DNA of 64,000 nt from Chlamydiia bacterium (lineage in GTDB: Bacteria; Chlamydiota; Chlamydiia; Chlamydiales; Rhabdochlamydiaceae). Positions 29,968 to 39,917 of this stretch are shown in pieces. Below the pieces are notes generated by a model. It made no database searches and was not told the DNA's origin. It worked only from the letters and a program-made list of their open reading frames with translations. Location of the stretch: NCBI GenBank assembly GCA_963804085.1, contig CAWDOQ010000010.1, positions 64,001 through 128,000 of the forward strand, given 5' to 3'. The position numbers and the translations under genes were made by a program. Every line of letters begins with the position of its first letter. Position 1 is the stretch's first letter.

Positions 29968-30717
29968 TTATAGAAGATAAGCCAATTTTTCGGCTTGGAC
30001 CAAATGTTCGGGAAGATCGATTCCTATCACTTCCTCTTTGGTCTCATGGACGCGGATGCGTAAGTTGTTGTACAGAAAGCGCATCTGTTCTAGCTGCTCC
30101 GCCTGTTCGATATAGCAAGGGGAGAGACAAGAGATTTTTTGAAGGGCCTCTTGAGTAAAGGCGTAGAGGCCGATGTGTTTATAAAAAATTTTATCCTCAT
30201 CTTTTGTCGGATCGCGGTAGTAAGGAATAGGAAGGCGAGAGAAGTAGAGGGCATACCCTTTTGCGTCTAAAACAACCTTGGCGATGTGTGGGTTGAGGAC
30301 ATCTTCCCAATCCTGGAGCCGTTTTTTTAACGTCCAAACGTCGCTCTCTTCGCGGTCGCACGTCTGTAAAAGTGTGTAGATCATCTGCGAGCTGATGAAG
30401 GGCTCATCTCCTTGCCAGTTGACCCATATGTCCGCCTCAACCAAGCCCTTTTTCATAAGTTCAATCAGACGGTCTGTGCCAGAGGGACAGTTAACCGAGG
30501 TCATGAAATACTTGCCGCCGAAGCTCTCAACTAGAGCTGCCGTCTCGTCGGAGTCGATAGCAAAGACGACCTCATCAAAAATAGAGACTTTACCTGCCGC
30601 TTCCCAAACCCACTGCAGCAGTGGTTTACCACGAATATGTGCAAGCACCTTCTTGGGAAAGCGCGAAGATTGGAGTCTTGCAGGAATGACACAAGCGACT
30701 TTTTTTCCACCTAACAT
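29968..30717 (-). CDS. kdsB: 3-deoxy-manno-octulosonate cytidylyltransferase
   Basis: IPARLQSSRFPKK, SGTDR, QGDEP, EQLEQMR. Confidence 0.93.
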   Translation of the reverse strand: MLGGKKVACVIPARLQSSRFPKKVLAHIRGKPLLQWVWEAAGKVSIFDEVVFAIDSDETAALVESFGGKYFMTSVNCPSGTDRLIELMKKGLVEADIWVNWQGDEPFISSQMIYTLLQTCDREESDVWTLKKRLQDWEDVLNPHIAKVVLDAKGYALYFSRLPIPYYRDPTKDEDKIFYKHIGLYAFTQEALQKISCLSPCYIEQAEQLEQMRFLYNNLRIRVHETKEEVIGIDLPEHLVQAEKLAYLL

Positions 30718-31688
30718 GCTAAATACCATGCCACTGTTTTTTTTAATCCTTCTGCCAAAGTATGGCGGCAAGACCAGCCTATCTCTCTATGGATTTTTGT
30801 GCAATCAAGGGCGTAGCGAAAATCGTGCCCTAACCTGTCGGGAACAAAGGTGATGAGACGTAAGAAGTTTTGAGGATCTTCACTCTTTTGTTTGGCAAGT
30901 TCGTCAATTAAAATATGTAAGAGATCTATGTTTTTGCACTCGCTGCCACTGCCTAAGTTGTAGACCTCGCCCCGCTTGCCCTTTTCCAAAATTTTCCAGA
31001 CAGCTTCTGCGTGATCCTCTACAAAGAGCCACTCGCGCACATTCTGCCCATTTCCATACACCGGAAGAGGCTCGTTTTGTAAACACTTGGTGAGAAGCAC
31101 AGGGATGAATTTTTCGGGGAATTGGTGGGGCCCGTAGTTGTTGCTGCTATGCGAAAGGGTTGTCGATAATCCATAGGTCTTTGCATAGGCGCGCACGAAG
31201 TGATCAGCTGCTGCTTTTGAAGCAGCATAAGGAGAGTTGGGCTCATAAGGCGAGCTTTCCAAAAACTCCCCATCGCTTCCAAGCGCACCAAAGACCTCAT
31301 CGGTCGAAATCTGATGGAAGTGGATGTGAGGAAGCTTCTTTACGACCTCTAAAAGCACAAGCGTTCCCATCACATTTGTCTCGGCAAAGACGCGCGGCCC
31401 CATAATGCTTCTATCGACATGCGTCTCTGCAGCAAAGTGGACAAGCGTATCGATCTTCTCCTCTTTGCAGAGCTTTTCAACAAGATTTTCGTCTCTAATG
31501 TCGCCTTGCACAAAAAGATAACGAGCACTCTCTTCCACCTCTTTTAGATTATTTTTATCTGCGGCGTACGTGAGCAGGTCTAGGTTGATTACTCTTTCCA
31601 AGCAAGAGAGATGTTTTAAGCCAAAACGGATAAAGGCAGACCCCATAAATCCTGCTCCACCGGTCACGAGCACGCGTCTACTTTTCAT
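30711..31688 (-). CDS. rfbB: dTDP-glucose 4,6-dehydratase
   Basis: TGGAGFMGS, AAETHVDRS, STDEV, YAASKA, PEKFIP. Confidence 0.95.
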   Translation of the reverse strand: MKSRRVLVTGGAGFMGSAFIRFGLKHLSCLERVINLDLLTYAADKNNLKEVEESARYLFVQGDIRDENLVEKLCKEEKIDTLVHFAAETHVDRSIMGPRVFAETNVMGTLVLLEVVKKLPHIHFHQISTDEVFGALGSDGEFLESSPYEPNSPYAASKAAADHFVRAYAKTYGLSTTLSHSSNNYGPHQFPEKFIPVLLTKCLQNEPLPVYGNGQNVREWLFVEDHAEAVWKILEKGKRGEVYNLGSGSECKNIDLLHILIDELAKQKSEDPQNFLRLITFVPDRLGHDFRYALDCTKIHREIGWSCRHTLAEGLKKTVAWYLAC

Positions 31689-32532
31689 CTTTTAAATACT
31701 CCTCTAAAGCCTCTTGCCAAGTGCGTGGAGGACTCCCTAGCATCTCTTCTACTTTTTGCGTCTCGAGCACCGAATAGCTGGGGCGTTTAGCAGCTGACTT
31801 AAACTCTCTTGCTTTTGCCGGCAAGATCTCCTGGCAAGCGACCTGCTCTCCTCTTCTCTTCATAACCGCCAGAACCTCTTGTGCAATTTCGAAGCGCGAA
31901 GAGGCGCCGGAACTTGCAAAATGAAAGATCCCTTTAAAAGAGACCAGCTCCAAAAGAGCGGCTGCGAGGTCTTTGCAGTAGGTGAGGCGCCCGCGCTGAT
32001 CGGTTGCAGCACGCACGCTCTTCTCTCGTCTCATCATTTCCATGAGAGAGGAGATATAACTCTTGCCCCCCTTTCCAAAGACCCACGAGGTGCGTACGAT
32101 GCAAGCTGACGGCATCACCTCTAAAAGGCGCTTCTCTCCTTCCAACTTGCTACTGCCGTAGAAGTTTATAGGATTTGCAGAATCGCCTTCTGCATAAGGA
32201 GATCTCTTTTTTCCATCAAAGACATAGTCTGTTGAAATGTGTAGAAGTGAAAGTCCTCGCTCCTCTGCCACTCTCCCTAAGTTCTCCGGTCCTTTGGCAT
32301 TGACCTGAAAGGCGAGCTCTCTCTCTTTTTCTGCCTGATCGACCGCAGTATAGGCCGCGGCATTGATGATATGGGTGGGGCATGCATCGTCGGCAAAAGC
32401 GCTTAAAGCTTCACGGTCCGTGATATCCCCCTCTCCTCGTCCTGTTGTTACACAGGCGATCTTGCGCTCTTTGCAGAGCGCGCGAAGATTTTTGCCCACA
32501 AGCCCATTTGCCCCTACAATCCAAAGCTTCAT
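31678..32532 (-). CDS. rfbD: dTDP-4-dehydrorhamnose reductase
   Basis: AAYTAVDQAE, STDYVFDG, YGSSKLEGE. Confidence 0.95.
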   Translation of the reverse strand: MKLWIVGANGLVGKNLRALCKERKIACVTTGRGEGDITDREALSAFADDACPTHIINAAAYTAVDQAEKERELAFQVNAKGPENLGRVAEERGLSLLHISTDYVFDGKKRSPYAEGDSANPINFYGSSKLEGEKRLLEVMPSACIVRTSWVFGKGGKSYISSLMEMMRREKSVRAATDQRGRLTYCKDLAAALLELVSFKGIFHFASSGASSRFEIAQEVLAVMKRRGEQVACQEILPAKAREFKSAAKRPSYSVLETQKVEEMLGSPPRTWQEALEEYLKDEK

Positions 32533-33053
32533 CGAACTGCCTCTTTAAAAGTAGGAGCAGTCTGGTCACGCAAGGAGACGATCGGAGAGGGTTCAGGCCA
32601 CTCGATTGCGACGTCAGGATCATCAAAGCGAAAGGTCATCTCCTCGTTTGTATCATAGAGGGTGCTCACTTTGTAGAAGACGTGCGCCTCATCGCTTACA
32701 ACGCAAAAGCCGTGGGCAAAGCCGACCGGGATAAAGAGCTGCTCATGCTTTTCGCCATCCAAGTATACCCCTTCCCATTTGCCAAACGTAGGAGAGTTAG
32801 GACGGATATCAACGACCACATCGTAGATGCGTCCTACTCCCACTCTGATCAGCTTGGCCTGACCCGGAGCTCTTTGAAAATGCATCCCTCGGATTGTCCC
32901 TTTTTTAGAGTAGGAGTGGTTATCTTGCACAAATGAGCAGGTGATCCCCTGTGCCTGGTACAATGGCTCGCGGAAGCTCTCCAAGAAAAAGCCGCGCTCA
33001 TCTTCAAATACCTTGGGCCGGATCAGCCTCAAACCCTCTAATGTCAATGTCAT
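32529..33053 (-). CDS. rfbC: dTDP-4-dehydrorhamnose 3,5-epimerase
   Basis: DERGFF, FVQDNHS, RGMHFQ, GFAHGF. Confidence 0.95.
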   Translation of the reverse strand: MTLTLEGLRLIRPKVFEDERGFFLESFREPLYQAQGITCSFVQDNHSYSKKGTIRGMHFQRAPGQAKLIRVGVGRIYDVVVDIRPNSPTFGKWEGVYLDGEKHEQLFIPVGFAHGFCVVSDEAHVFYKVSTLYDTNEEMTFRFDDPDVAIEWPEPSPIVSLRDQTAPTFKEAVR

Positions 33054-33192
33054 AGGCAATATCCTAACCGAATCTCGCCGAAAACGCCATATCAATACAT
33101 AACGCACTGATAATGAGTGTATTATAAAACAATAACGTTATTGTAAAATAATTTATATTAATGTATAATGATTATTATAAATTAAGGTAATT

Positions 33193-35178
33193 ATGGCATT
33201 TAGCATAAAAGGCGTTTTTAACAAACTTGCAGAAGTAGGAAGCTGTATCGCCACAAAGATACGCTGCTCAAAACGGGTGGAAAAGGTGGCGAAAAAGGCG
33301 ATCGCTTCTCGGCGCGCTCTTCCTCCTCCCCTCAATACTGTCCTCCATGATGCCTGTAAGTCGGGAAGCTTGGACGATATCAAGATGCTTCTTGCAGCAC
33401 CAGACGCAGACAAGCTACTGAGATCTTTCGATAGGGAAGGATATGCTCCGATCCACTATCTTTGTCTAAGAGGAGATCTAGAGTTCTTAAAATTTTTTAA
33501 AGATTCAGGAAGGTCTGATCTTTTGCAATTCAAAACACAAGATGGCCTATCTCCTCTAGAGGTTGCTGTGAATGCAGTTCCGAGAAAAGGAAGCGAGAAG
33601 GATCAAAAAGAGAGGCTATATCTAGAGGTCGCGGCATTCCTTCTTCAAGAAGGCGCTGAGGTTAATTCCCGAGGAATAGGAGGGATGACCCCTTTTACGC
33701 TTACTTGCATCAATGGCTGCTGGAGCCTTGCACGCCTCCTACTAGCTCATCAAGCAGATATCAATGCAAAAGATCCCATGAACTTCTCTCCCCTTATGCA
33801 TGTGATTGATAATGAGGATTGGGTTGCCTTTCTCTTGGAAAATGGCGCTGAAGTGAATCTCATAGGCTCTGATGGATCTTCTCCACTCAGTATGGCTTGT
33901 GCAAGTGATAAGACCTCCATTGTTGAACTACTGCTTGAGAAAGGCGCTTATCCTAACATTGGCCTAACCAATAAGGACCAAGAGCTTCCTCCCCTCCACC
34001 TTGCTTGCAAAAATAAGAATTTAGAGATGATAAAAATGTTAGTTGTGGCCGGAGCCAACGTAAATCAAATCCAAGAGGGAAGAAGTGCCCTTGGTGTGCA
34101 CATGGAGCGCGAACCTGATGATGCTATTATTGAATTTTTGTTAGGTCATGGAGCGGAAGCTTCGAATGATTCAAAAGTTAAAATTGTTGGCCACTATCCG
34201 AAATATGAAAGGTTATTTACTGATCGAGAGGAGAGACAGCTATTTTCTGCAAAGAAATTAGCGCACGCAAACCATATCGGTAATCAAAAAAACGCTCCTT
34301 TAGAGTATGAGGGCTGGCAAAGACAGTTTTTTTATCATGATTTTGCGCAAACAGTTGAAGCGAGCACTCTCTACGAAAAAACAGAAGGCAAAGTATTAGC
34401 AAAAGCTCTGAGAGCTGCCGCAAAATTACCATTCGATATAAAGGCAGCTGTTGCTGCTATCCGCAATAGCGAACTCGTTATTATACCGAGCGGCTGGTCG
34501 GGTCATGCATTATCTCTTATTTTTTATAAAGGGCGTCTAGTCCGTTGCAACCGGGGAGAGGGAGCTCGTGATAGCAGCGTAGAAATTTCCAAGTTTGACA
34601 TCCAAAAGATAGATGAGGCTCTCATCCAAGAGATCATAAATACGCAAAAACTACCTGCCGATAAGGGAAAAACTTTTATCTATAAAACTCTTTCACAAAA
34701 ACTCTCTTGTTCTGAAGATTCCAATACCCGAGAACTAGGTAAAGCAACCGCTTCTACGATGCAAACTGTGGGAAATTGTACTTTTGCCAGCGTGGCCGGA
34801 GCTCTCTTAGCAGCTCTCGGTCTTCTTGCCTCAGAAGGCGGCAGCCTGAGACCAGAAACAATCAAAGAGATCCGACAGTGCACACGCAAGCTTACGCAAA
34901 AACAGCGGTTGGTTTATCTTGAACATTATCTAGAAGCTCATCCTACAGGAGAAGAGGAGTTTTTAGCTCAAGAGTCATGGAAAAAAATGAAAAAACACCT
35001 ATATAAACGTCCTGAGGAACTCAACTCCTTTCCGCAAGTGAAAACTCGCCTCTTTGATCCCGAAAAGCGTCCACTTACTGAGCGCGCTGTCGCCGGCGTT
35101 AAAAAGTGCGCCTCTCAAGTAAAAGAGCGCGTCCAAAGAGCCGCTACTTCTTTGCTCGTCCCTACCTTTGTCGTCTAA
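33193..35178 (+). CDS. Ankyrin-repeat protein with C-terminal putative cysteine-protease-like domain
   Basis: Multiple TPL/PLH ankyrin repeats; then GWSGHA, CNRG, QTVGNC. Confidence 0.8.
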   Translation: MAFSIKGVFNKLAEVGSCIATKIRCSKRVEKVAKKAIASRRALPPPLNTVLHDACKSGSLDDIKMLLAAPDADKLLRSFDREGYAPIHYLCLRGDLEFLKFFKDSGRSDLLQFKTQDGLSPLEVAVNAVPRKGSEKDQKERLYLEVAAFLLQEGAEVNSRGIGGMTPFTLTCINGCWSLARLLLAHQADINAKDPMNFSPLMHVIDNEDWVAFLLENGAEVNLIGSDGSSPLSMACASDKTSIVELLLEKGAYPNIGLTNKDQELPPLHLACKNKNLEMIKMLVVAGANVNQIQEGRSALGVHMEREPDDAIIEFLLGHGAEASNDSKVKIVGHYPKYERLFTDREERQLFSAKKLAHANHIGNQKNAPLEYEGWQRQFFYHDFAQTVEASTLYEKTEGKVLAKALRAAAKLPFDIKAAVAAIRNSELVIIPSGWSGHALSLIFYKGRLVRCNRGEGARDSSVEISKFDIQKIDEALIQEIINTQKLPADKGKTFIYKTLSQKLSCSEDSNTRELGKATASTMQTVGNCTFASVAGALLAALGLLASEGGSLRPETIKEIRQCTRKLTQKQRLVYLEHYLEAHPTGEEEFLAQESWKKMKKHLYKRPEELNSFPQVKTRLFDPEKRPLTERAVAGVKKCASQVKERVQRAATSLLVPTFVV

Positions 35179-35241
35179 TCCCTTGCTAATTTTAGGGAAA
35201 ACCTCTAACATTCCTTTCTTTTATTGTTTTAAAGCAAGGAA

Positions 35242-36456
35242 ATGACCATGCAGATCTTTCGCTCTACGGGCCACGTTTTGGGGGGCGCCCTTCTTATCGC
35301 AGGAACCACCATTGGAGTGGGCATGCTCGCCCTTCCCGTAGCGACTGGTCCCGGCGGATTTGTCCCCTCTGTTGCAATCTATCTCCTCTGCTGGCTCTAC
35401 ATGCTCTGCACAGGGCTCTTGCTGCTCGAAGTTTGCACATGGATGCCAAAGGATTCCAACCTGATCACCATGGCTCACAGGCTTTTAGGCAACGTGGGAA
35501 AGAATATTTGCTGGGTGGTCTACCTCTTTCTGTTTGTAACCGTCATGATTGCACACGTAGCAGGCGGGGGTTCTGTTTTAAACGAACTCATCGGTTGCTC
35601 TATGCCTGACTGGGCAGCGATGGTACTCTACGTTGTCATCTTCTCTCCTGTCGTCTACATGGGCGCCCATTCGGTCGACCGGTTAAACCTCTGTTTAATG
35701 GCAGGTGTTGCTGTCTCCTACCTTCTCTTCATCTACGTCTCTGTAGGCCATGTGAACATAGAGCTTTTAAAATATTCTAACTGGTCTAAAGCCTGGTTTG
35801 CTCTTCCCGTCTTATTCACCGCATTTACCTATCAGGTGATCATCCCGACGCTTATGAACTACATGGACAGGAACGTCAAAAAGGTGCGTATCGCAATCAT
35901 CTGCGGAACCACCATTCCTCTTCTGGTCTACCTCGTATGGGAGTTTCTCATTTTAGGGATTGTTCCAGTCGAAGGCCCCGGTGGGCTTATCGAAGCCGGA
36001 AAATTGGGTCAAAATGCTGTCATGCCGCTTAAGCAATTTGTCGGAAGCGCTAACCTCTTCTCTATCGGCAAATACTTCGCCTTCTTCACTTTGACCACCT
36101 CCTACATCGCGCTAGCCCTCGCATTCTTAGACTTCCTCGCCGATGGCTTGAAAGTACAAAAAAAAGGTCTTAAAAAAGTGGCTCTATGCCTCGCCATTTT
36201 TGTCCCACCGACGCTTATCGCACTCACCTATCCCGATATCTTTATCGTCGCATTAGGTTATGCGGGTGGAATCAGCTGTGCTGTTCTCTTTGGCCTCTTC
36301 CCTCCGCTTATGGCGTGGGTAGGGCGTTACAAAAAACATGTAGCGGAAAAAGGCAAAGAGCTTCTGCCTGGTGGTAAAGCCTTCCTTTCGCTGCTGATCT
36401 TGTTTGTAATTTTAGAGCTTATCATCGAAATAGCGGATCAATTTATCAAGCGGTAA
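35242..36456 (+). CDS. tyrP: Aromatic amino acid (Tyr/Trp) permease
   Basis: GGALLIAGTTIGVGMLALP; multiple TM segments. Confidence 0.9.
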   Translation: MTMQIFRSTGHVLGGALLIAGTTIGVGMLALPVATGPGGFVPSVAIYLLCWLYMLCTGLLLLEVCTWMPKDSNLITMAHRLLGNVGKNICWVVYLFLFVTVMIAHVAGGGSVLNELIGCSMPDWAAMVLYVVIFSPVVYMGAHSVDRLNLCLMAGVAVSYLLFIYVSVGHVNIELLKYSNWSKAWFALPVLFTAFTYQVIIPTLMNYMDRNVKKVRIAIICGTTIPLLVYLVWEFLILGIVPVEGPGGLIEAGKLGQNAVMPLKQFVGSANLFSIGKYFAFFTLTTSYIALALAFLDFLADGLKVQKKGLKKVALCLAIFVPPTLIALTYPDIFIVALGYAGGISCAVLFGLFPPLMAWVGRYKKHVAEKGKELLPGGKAFLSLLILFVILELIIEIADQFIKR

Positions 36457-36458
36457 AG

Positions 36459-37511
36459 ATGACATTTTTACGCGCGCTTATCTTTGCATTCTTGCCGGTT
36501 GCATTAGCGCACGCAAAGACAAGCCCGCCTCCAGGTAATGAAATTGAAACCCCTAAAGCTGCTGAAGAAGAGCCCTGGTTTACAGGCTCTCTTCTTTCCA
36601 TTGCACCCGATGTTGTTCCCATTGGCTACATGGACTTGGAGACCTACTTTCAGGTATTCGACTTCTTAGGAGAGTATAATAAGCACTGGCATGCGCAATC
36701 TACGCCGCGCTTACTCACTGTAAGTCCCTTAATCTTTTTTCAAACCGGCTTGTCAGAGAGCATCGAAATTGTGGCTCTGCCGCAATTATTTTACAACCAG
36801 AGCCAAGGACAGTCATTTGTGGGAATAGGCGACCTCCCTATCGGGTTAGGCTTTCAAATTCTCACTCAAAAAGAGGGTTCATGGCGTCCCTCTATCAAGC
36901 TGATTACACAAGAGATATTTCCTTTGGGAAAATACCAGCATCTCAACCCAAAAAAAATGGACACCGATAGCATCGGCCGCGGCTCTTATCAGAGCACACT
37001 CGGCCTAGCTATCGGTAGATTGTTTCACTTAAGCGGCATACACTACTTTGCCCCGCGTTTTAACTTCCTTTACACCTACCCATCTCCGGTGCATGTGAGA
37101 GGATTTAACGCGTATGGAGGCGGTTTTGGGACAAAAGGAAAGGTGCGTCCGGGTAATTCGTTTACAGCTCTTTTTGCAATGGAATGCAACCTCACTAGAA
37201 ACTGGACTTTTGCTCTAGATGTCGATTACATCCATTTCGATAAAACGCGCTTCTCAGGTAAAAAGGGGGTCGATGAATTTGGAGCAGCTGCAAGCGTAAC
37301 CATCCCCTCTTCCGAGCAGTTCAGTCTTGCCCCAGCAATCGAGTACAACTTTAGCGAGAAGTTGGGCATCATCGCCGGAAGCTGGTTCTCAATCGGCGGT
37401 CGCAACGCTGACCAGTTCGTCAGCGGCATCATCGCACTAAACTTCTACACCAATATCCGCCCCGAAAAAACCGCAATCGAACAACCTGCTGGCGGCGCCG
37501 GCGGCCGCTAG
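36459..37511 (+). CDS. Putative outer-membrane beta-barrel protein, paralog 1
   Basis: Signal peptide, PWFTG, GDLPIG, GFNAYGGGFGT, SLAPAIEYNF. Confidence 0.65.
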   Translation: MTFLRALIFAFLPVALAHAKTSPPPGNEIETPKAAEEEPWFTGSLLSIAPDVVPIGYMDLETYFQVFDFLGEYNKHWHAQSTPRLLTVSPLIFFQTGLSESIEIVALPQLFYNQSQGQSFVGIGDLPIGLGFQILTQKEGSWRPSIKLITQEIFPLGKYQHLNPKKMDTDSIGRGSYQSTLGLAIGRLFHLSGIHYFAPRFNFLYTYPSPVHVRGFNAYGGGFGTKGKVRPGNSFTALFAMECNLTRNWTFALDVDYIHFDKTRFSGKKGVDEFGAAASVTIPSSEQFSLAPAIEYNFSEKLGIIAGSWFSIGGRNADQFVSGIIALNFYTNIRPEKTAIEQPAGGAGGR

Positions 37512-37535
37512 CGCAATCATATATTTTATCCCATA

Positions 37536-37557
37536 CGTGCCCGTGCCTGTGCCCGTG
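37536..37557. repeat. Family A half-copy (GTGCCY units)
   Basis: CGTGCCCGTGCCTGTGCCCGTG. Confidence 0.6.
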
Positions 37558-37620
37558 TAAAGAAAAACAATAGCAACCAGGTTGCTAGTCAAATAAATTG
37601 CTATTGACTAGTGTTGCTTT

Positions 37621-38661
37621 ATGCAAATCTTAAAATCTCTTTCGTTTGCTGCTTTAGTCATTGGCGCATTTTTTCCACTTACTCCTCTTCACTGTCGCAA
37701 GGGGGAATACACTGGAATTTCAGAAATAATAGAAGAGAACAAAGGCCCTTGGTTCACTGGACCGCTTCTCGCTCCTTCCGGTCACGTTGTCCCGGTCGGC
37801 TATATGAACTTGGAGCCCTATGTTTTTGTCTCAGACACTTTTGGCGAGTACAACAAACATTGGCATGCTGAGTCAGAGCCGACAATAATCGGAGTCAACC
37901 CTCTCGTCTTTTTACAAATTGGACTTACAGATTGGATGGATATCCAAATTGCACCACAGCTCATCTACAACCATAGCCAAGGTAGATCTTCTACCCATTT
38001 CGGAGATCTGCCAATAGGATTTGACATCCAACTATTAGAAGATAAGCCGGACAACTGGTATCCTGCCATCAAACTCACATTGCGCGAAAGCTTTCCGACT
38101 GGCAAATACCAGCATCTTAACCCTAACAAACACGGCACTGATGAGAGTGGATCGGGCTCCTACATCACAAACATCGGCCTCGTGATCGCACGCCTTTTTC
38201 ATTTGGGCGGCATCTACTACTTCAACGCTAGATTGAGCAACTTTTACAACATTGCCGCTCCCGTACACATAAAGGGATTCAACGCGTATGGCGGCGGATT
38301 TGGGACAAGTGGAAAGGCGCATCCCGGGCAGTCGCTTAACACGATCATCGGCCTCGAGATTACTTTAGCTCAGCACTGGGCCTTTGCACTAGACATCGCT
38401 AACTTATATAGCGGCAAGACAACCTTTTCGGGAAACAAGGGACGAACAGCTGCCGGCACCCCTGCAATTGTTGGCGATCCATCCTCTGATCAAGTAAGCT
38501 TGGCTCCCGCAATCGAGTACAACTTCAACTCATCCGTAGGGATCATCGCAGGCGCCTGGTTCTCAGTAGCGGGTAAAAACAGCGCCGAGTTTGCAACAGG
38601 CGTCATCGCCATCAACTGGTATACCGGCATCAAGCCCAAAAGCAGCAAATTCCCCCATTGA
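37621..38661 (+). CDS. Putative outer-membrane beta-barrel protein, paralog 2
   Basis: Same motifs as 36459-37511. Confidence 0.65.
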   Translation: MQILKSLSFAALVIGAFFPLTPLHCRKGEYTGISEIIEENKGPWFTGPLLAPSGHVVPVGYMNLEPYVFVSDTFGEYNKHWHAESEPTIIGVNPLVFLQIGLTDWMDIQIAPQLIYNHSQGRSSTHFGDLPIGFDIQLLEDKPDNWYPAIKLTLRESFPTGKYQHLNPNKHGTDESGSGSYITNIGLVIARLFHLGGIYYFNARLSNFYNIAAPVHIKGFNAYGGGFGTSGKAHPGQSLNTIIGLEITLAQHWAFALDIANLYSGKTTFSGNKGRTAAGTPAIVGDPSSDQVSLAPAIEYNFNSSVGIIAGAWFSVAGKNSAEFATGVIAINWYTGIKPKSSKFPH

Positions 38662-38722
38662 GTAAGATCAACAAAGATTAAGAAAATTAAAACGCGGAGG
38701 GACTTGGTTGGATAATTTTTTT

Positions 38723-38800
38723 TTAACGTGCCTGTGCCTCTGCCAGTGCCTTTGCCCGATCTTTCTTTTCAATAATCCGGATCAGGCACAGGCACGTTAA
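38723..38800. repeat. Intergenic palindromic repeat, family A copy 3
   Basis: 17-bp perfect inverted repeat 38723-38739/38784-38800 around GCCCGATCTT...TAATCCGGATC. Confidence 0.85.
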
Positions 38801-38847
38801 GTATACAAGACAGCCCCTCACATCTTTGCGTTTTGACTCTCTTATTT

Positions 38848-39840
38848 TTAAAAATCAAACCTGCCGCCGAAGGTGATCCCTTGTAGAGAGAGTGCCTCGT
38901 TGGCCTCTATGGGCGTCAGTGGCGCAGTGGATGTGAAATGGAAGAACTGGTTTTGAGCAAAGAGATAGTGCTGCTCAAAGCCGAGATGAAAACCGAGATG
39001 GTAGCGGCTCTTGCTTAGCATTCTGTCCCACCCGATCCCCAATGCAAGGTCGATGATCGGTTTTTCACTTGGAAACTTGTTCCAGATATTGAAACGCTTC
39101 TCCTCTTCGAATGAGACCTCCTCCGATTCATGCACGTAATGCTCGCCATACAAGAGGGAGAAGGCAAGCGCAGAGTAGAGACTCCAGCCCCCTTTAATTT
39201 TCCAGTCTAGATCGAGTCCTGCTCGCAGCCCGGGTGCGATGAATTTATTCTTCATGCTGATATAGGATTTTCCTCCAGGGAACAGATCTCCTCCAAAATA
39301 GTTAAGAAGATACTTCTGACGGATGATCCCATATCTTAGGCCGATATGAGGCCTGAGCGTGAGATATCTGCTCACAAAAAAGGATCTGCCTAGCTCGAGG
39401 TCGATAAAGGCAAAGTGGAGGCGCCAATGGCCATCAACGGAGTCTACAAACGGATTGGCTATATTAGGTTGAGGAAGAGTCCATGTGGGTGTGAGCAGCT
39501 TTCCATCATGCGATTGTTTGTGAATATGCGCACGGCTATGCAGATGAGTCAGATTTAAATAACAGTCCCAACCGTCGTGAGGAATCCGCCATCCTATGCC
39601 TATTTTAAAGCCTAGATCAGGGTCCACTTTGGGATTTTTAATCTTGCCTTTAGAAAACCCGCTGTTTCTTTGGATGGCATAGGGGATCCCTGCAATGTCT
39701 GTCCACCAGTAGAGGAGATCGGCCGTTACAAAAAGTCCTATTGCATTTTTTACCTGCGGCTGAGCATTCGGGTTATCGATCTTCTCGAGCGCGTCTATGC
39801 GCTGCTCTAAGTGGCTGACCGTGTTTGGGTTGTCTAGCAT
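38848..39840 (-). CDS. Lpg1974/MOMP-like porin paralog
   Basis: HDGWD, DLELGRSFFVSRYLTLRPH, GFEQH, terminal RFDF; no evident signal peptide. Confidence 0.8.
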   Translation of the reverse strand: MLDNPNTVSHLEQRIDALEKIDNPNAQPQVKNAIGLFVTADLLYWWTDIAGIPYAIQRNSGFSKGKIKNPKVDPDLGFKIGIGWRIPHDGWDCYLNLTHLHSRAHIHKQSHDGKLLTPTWTLPQPNIANPFVDSVDGHWRLHFAFIDLELGRSFFVSRYLTLRPHIGLRYGIIRQKYLLNYFGGDLFPGGKSYISMKNKFIAPGLRAGLDLDWKIKGGWSLYSALAFSLLYGEHYVHESEEVSFEEEKRFNIWNKFPSEKPIIDLALGIGWDRMLSKSRYHLGFHLGFEQHYLFAQNQFFHFTSTAPLTPIEANEALSLQGITFGGRFDF

Positions 39841-39917
39841 AGTTTAAAAAAAATTATACTCGATACATTTGTTTCACTCATCTGTTATAATCGCTTCACA
39901 ATTTATTTGGAGAAACT

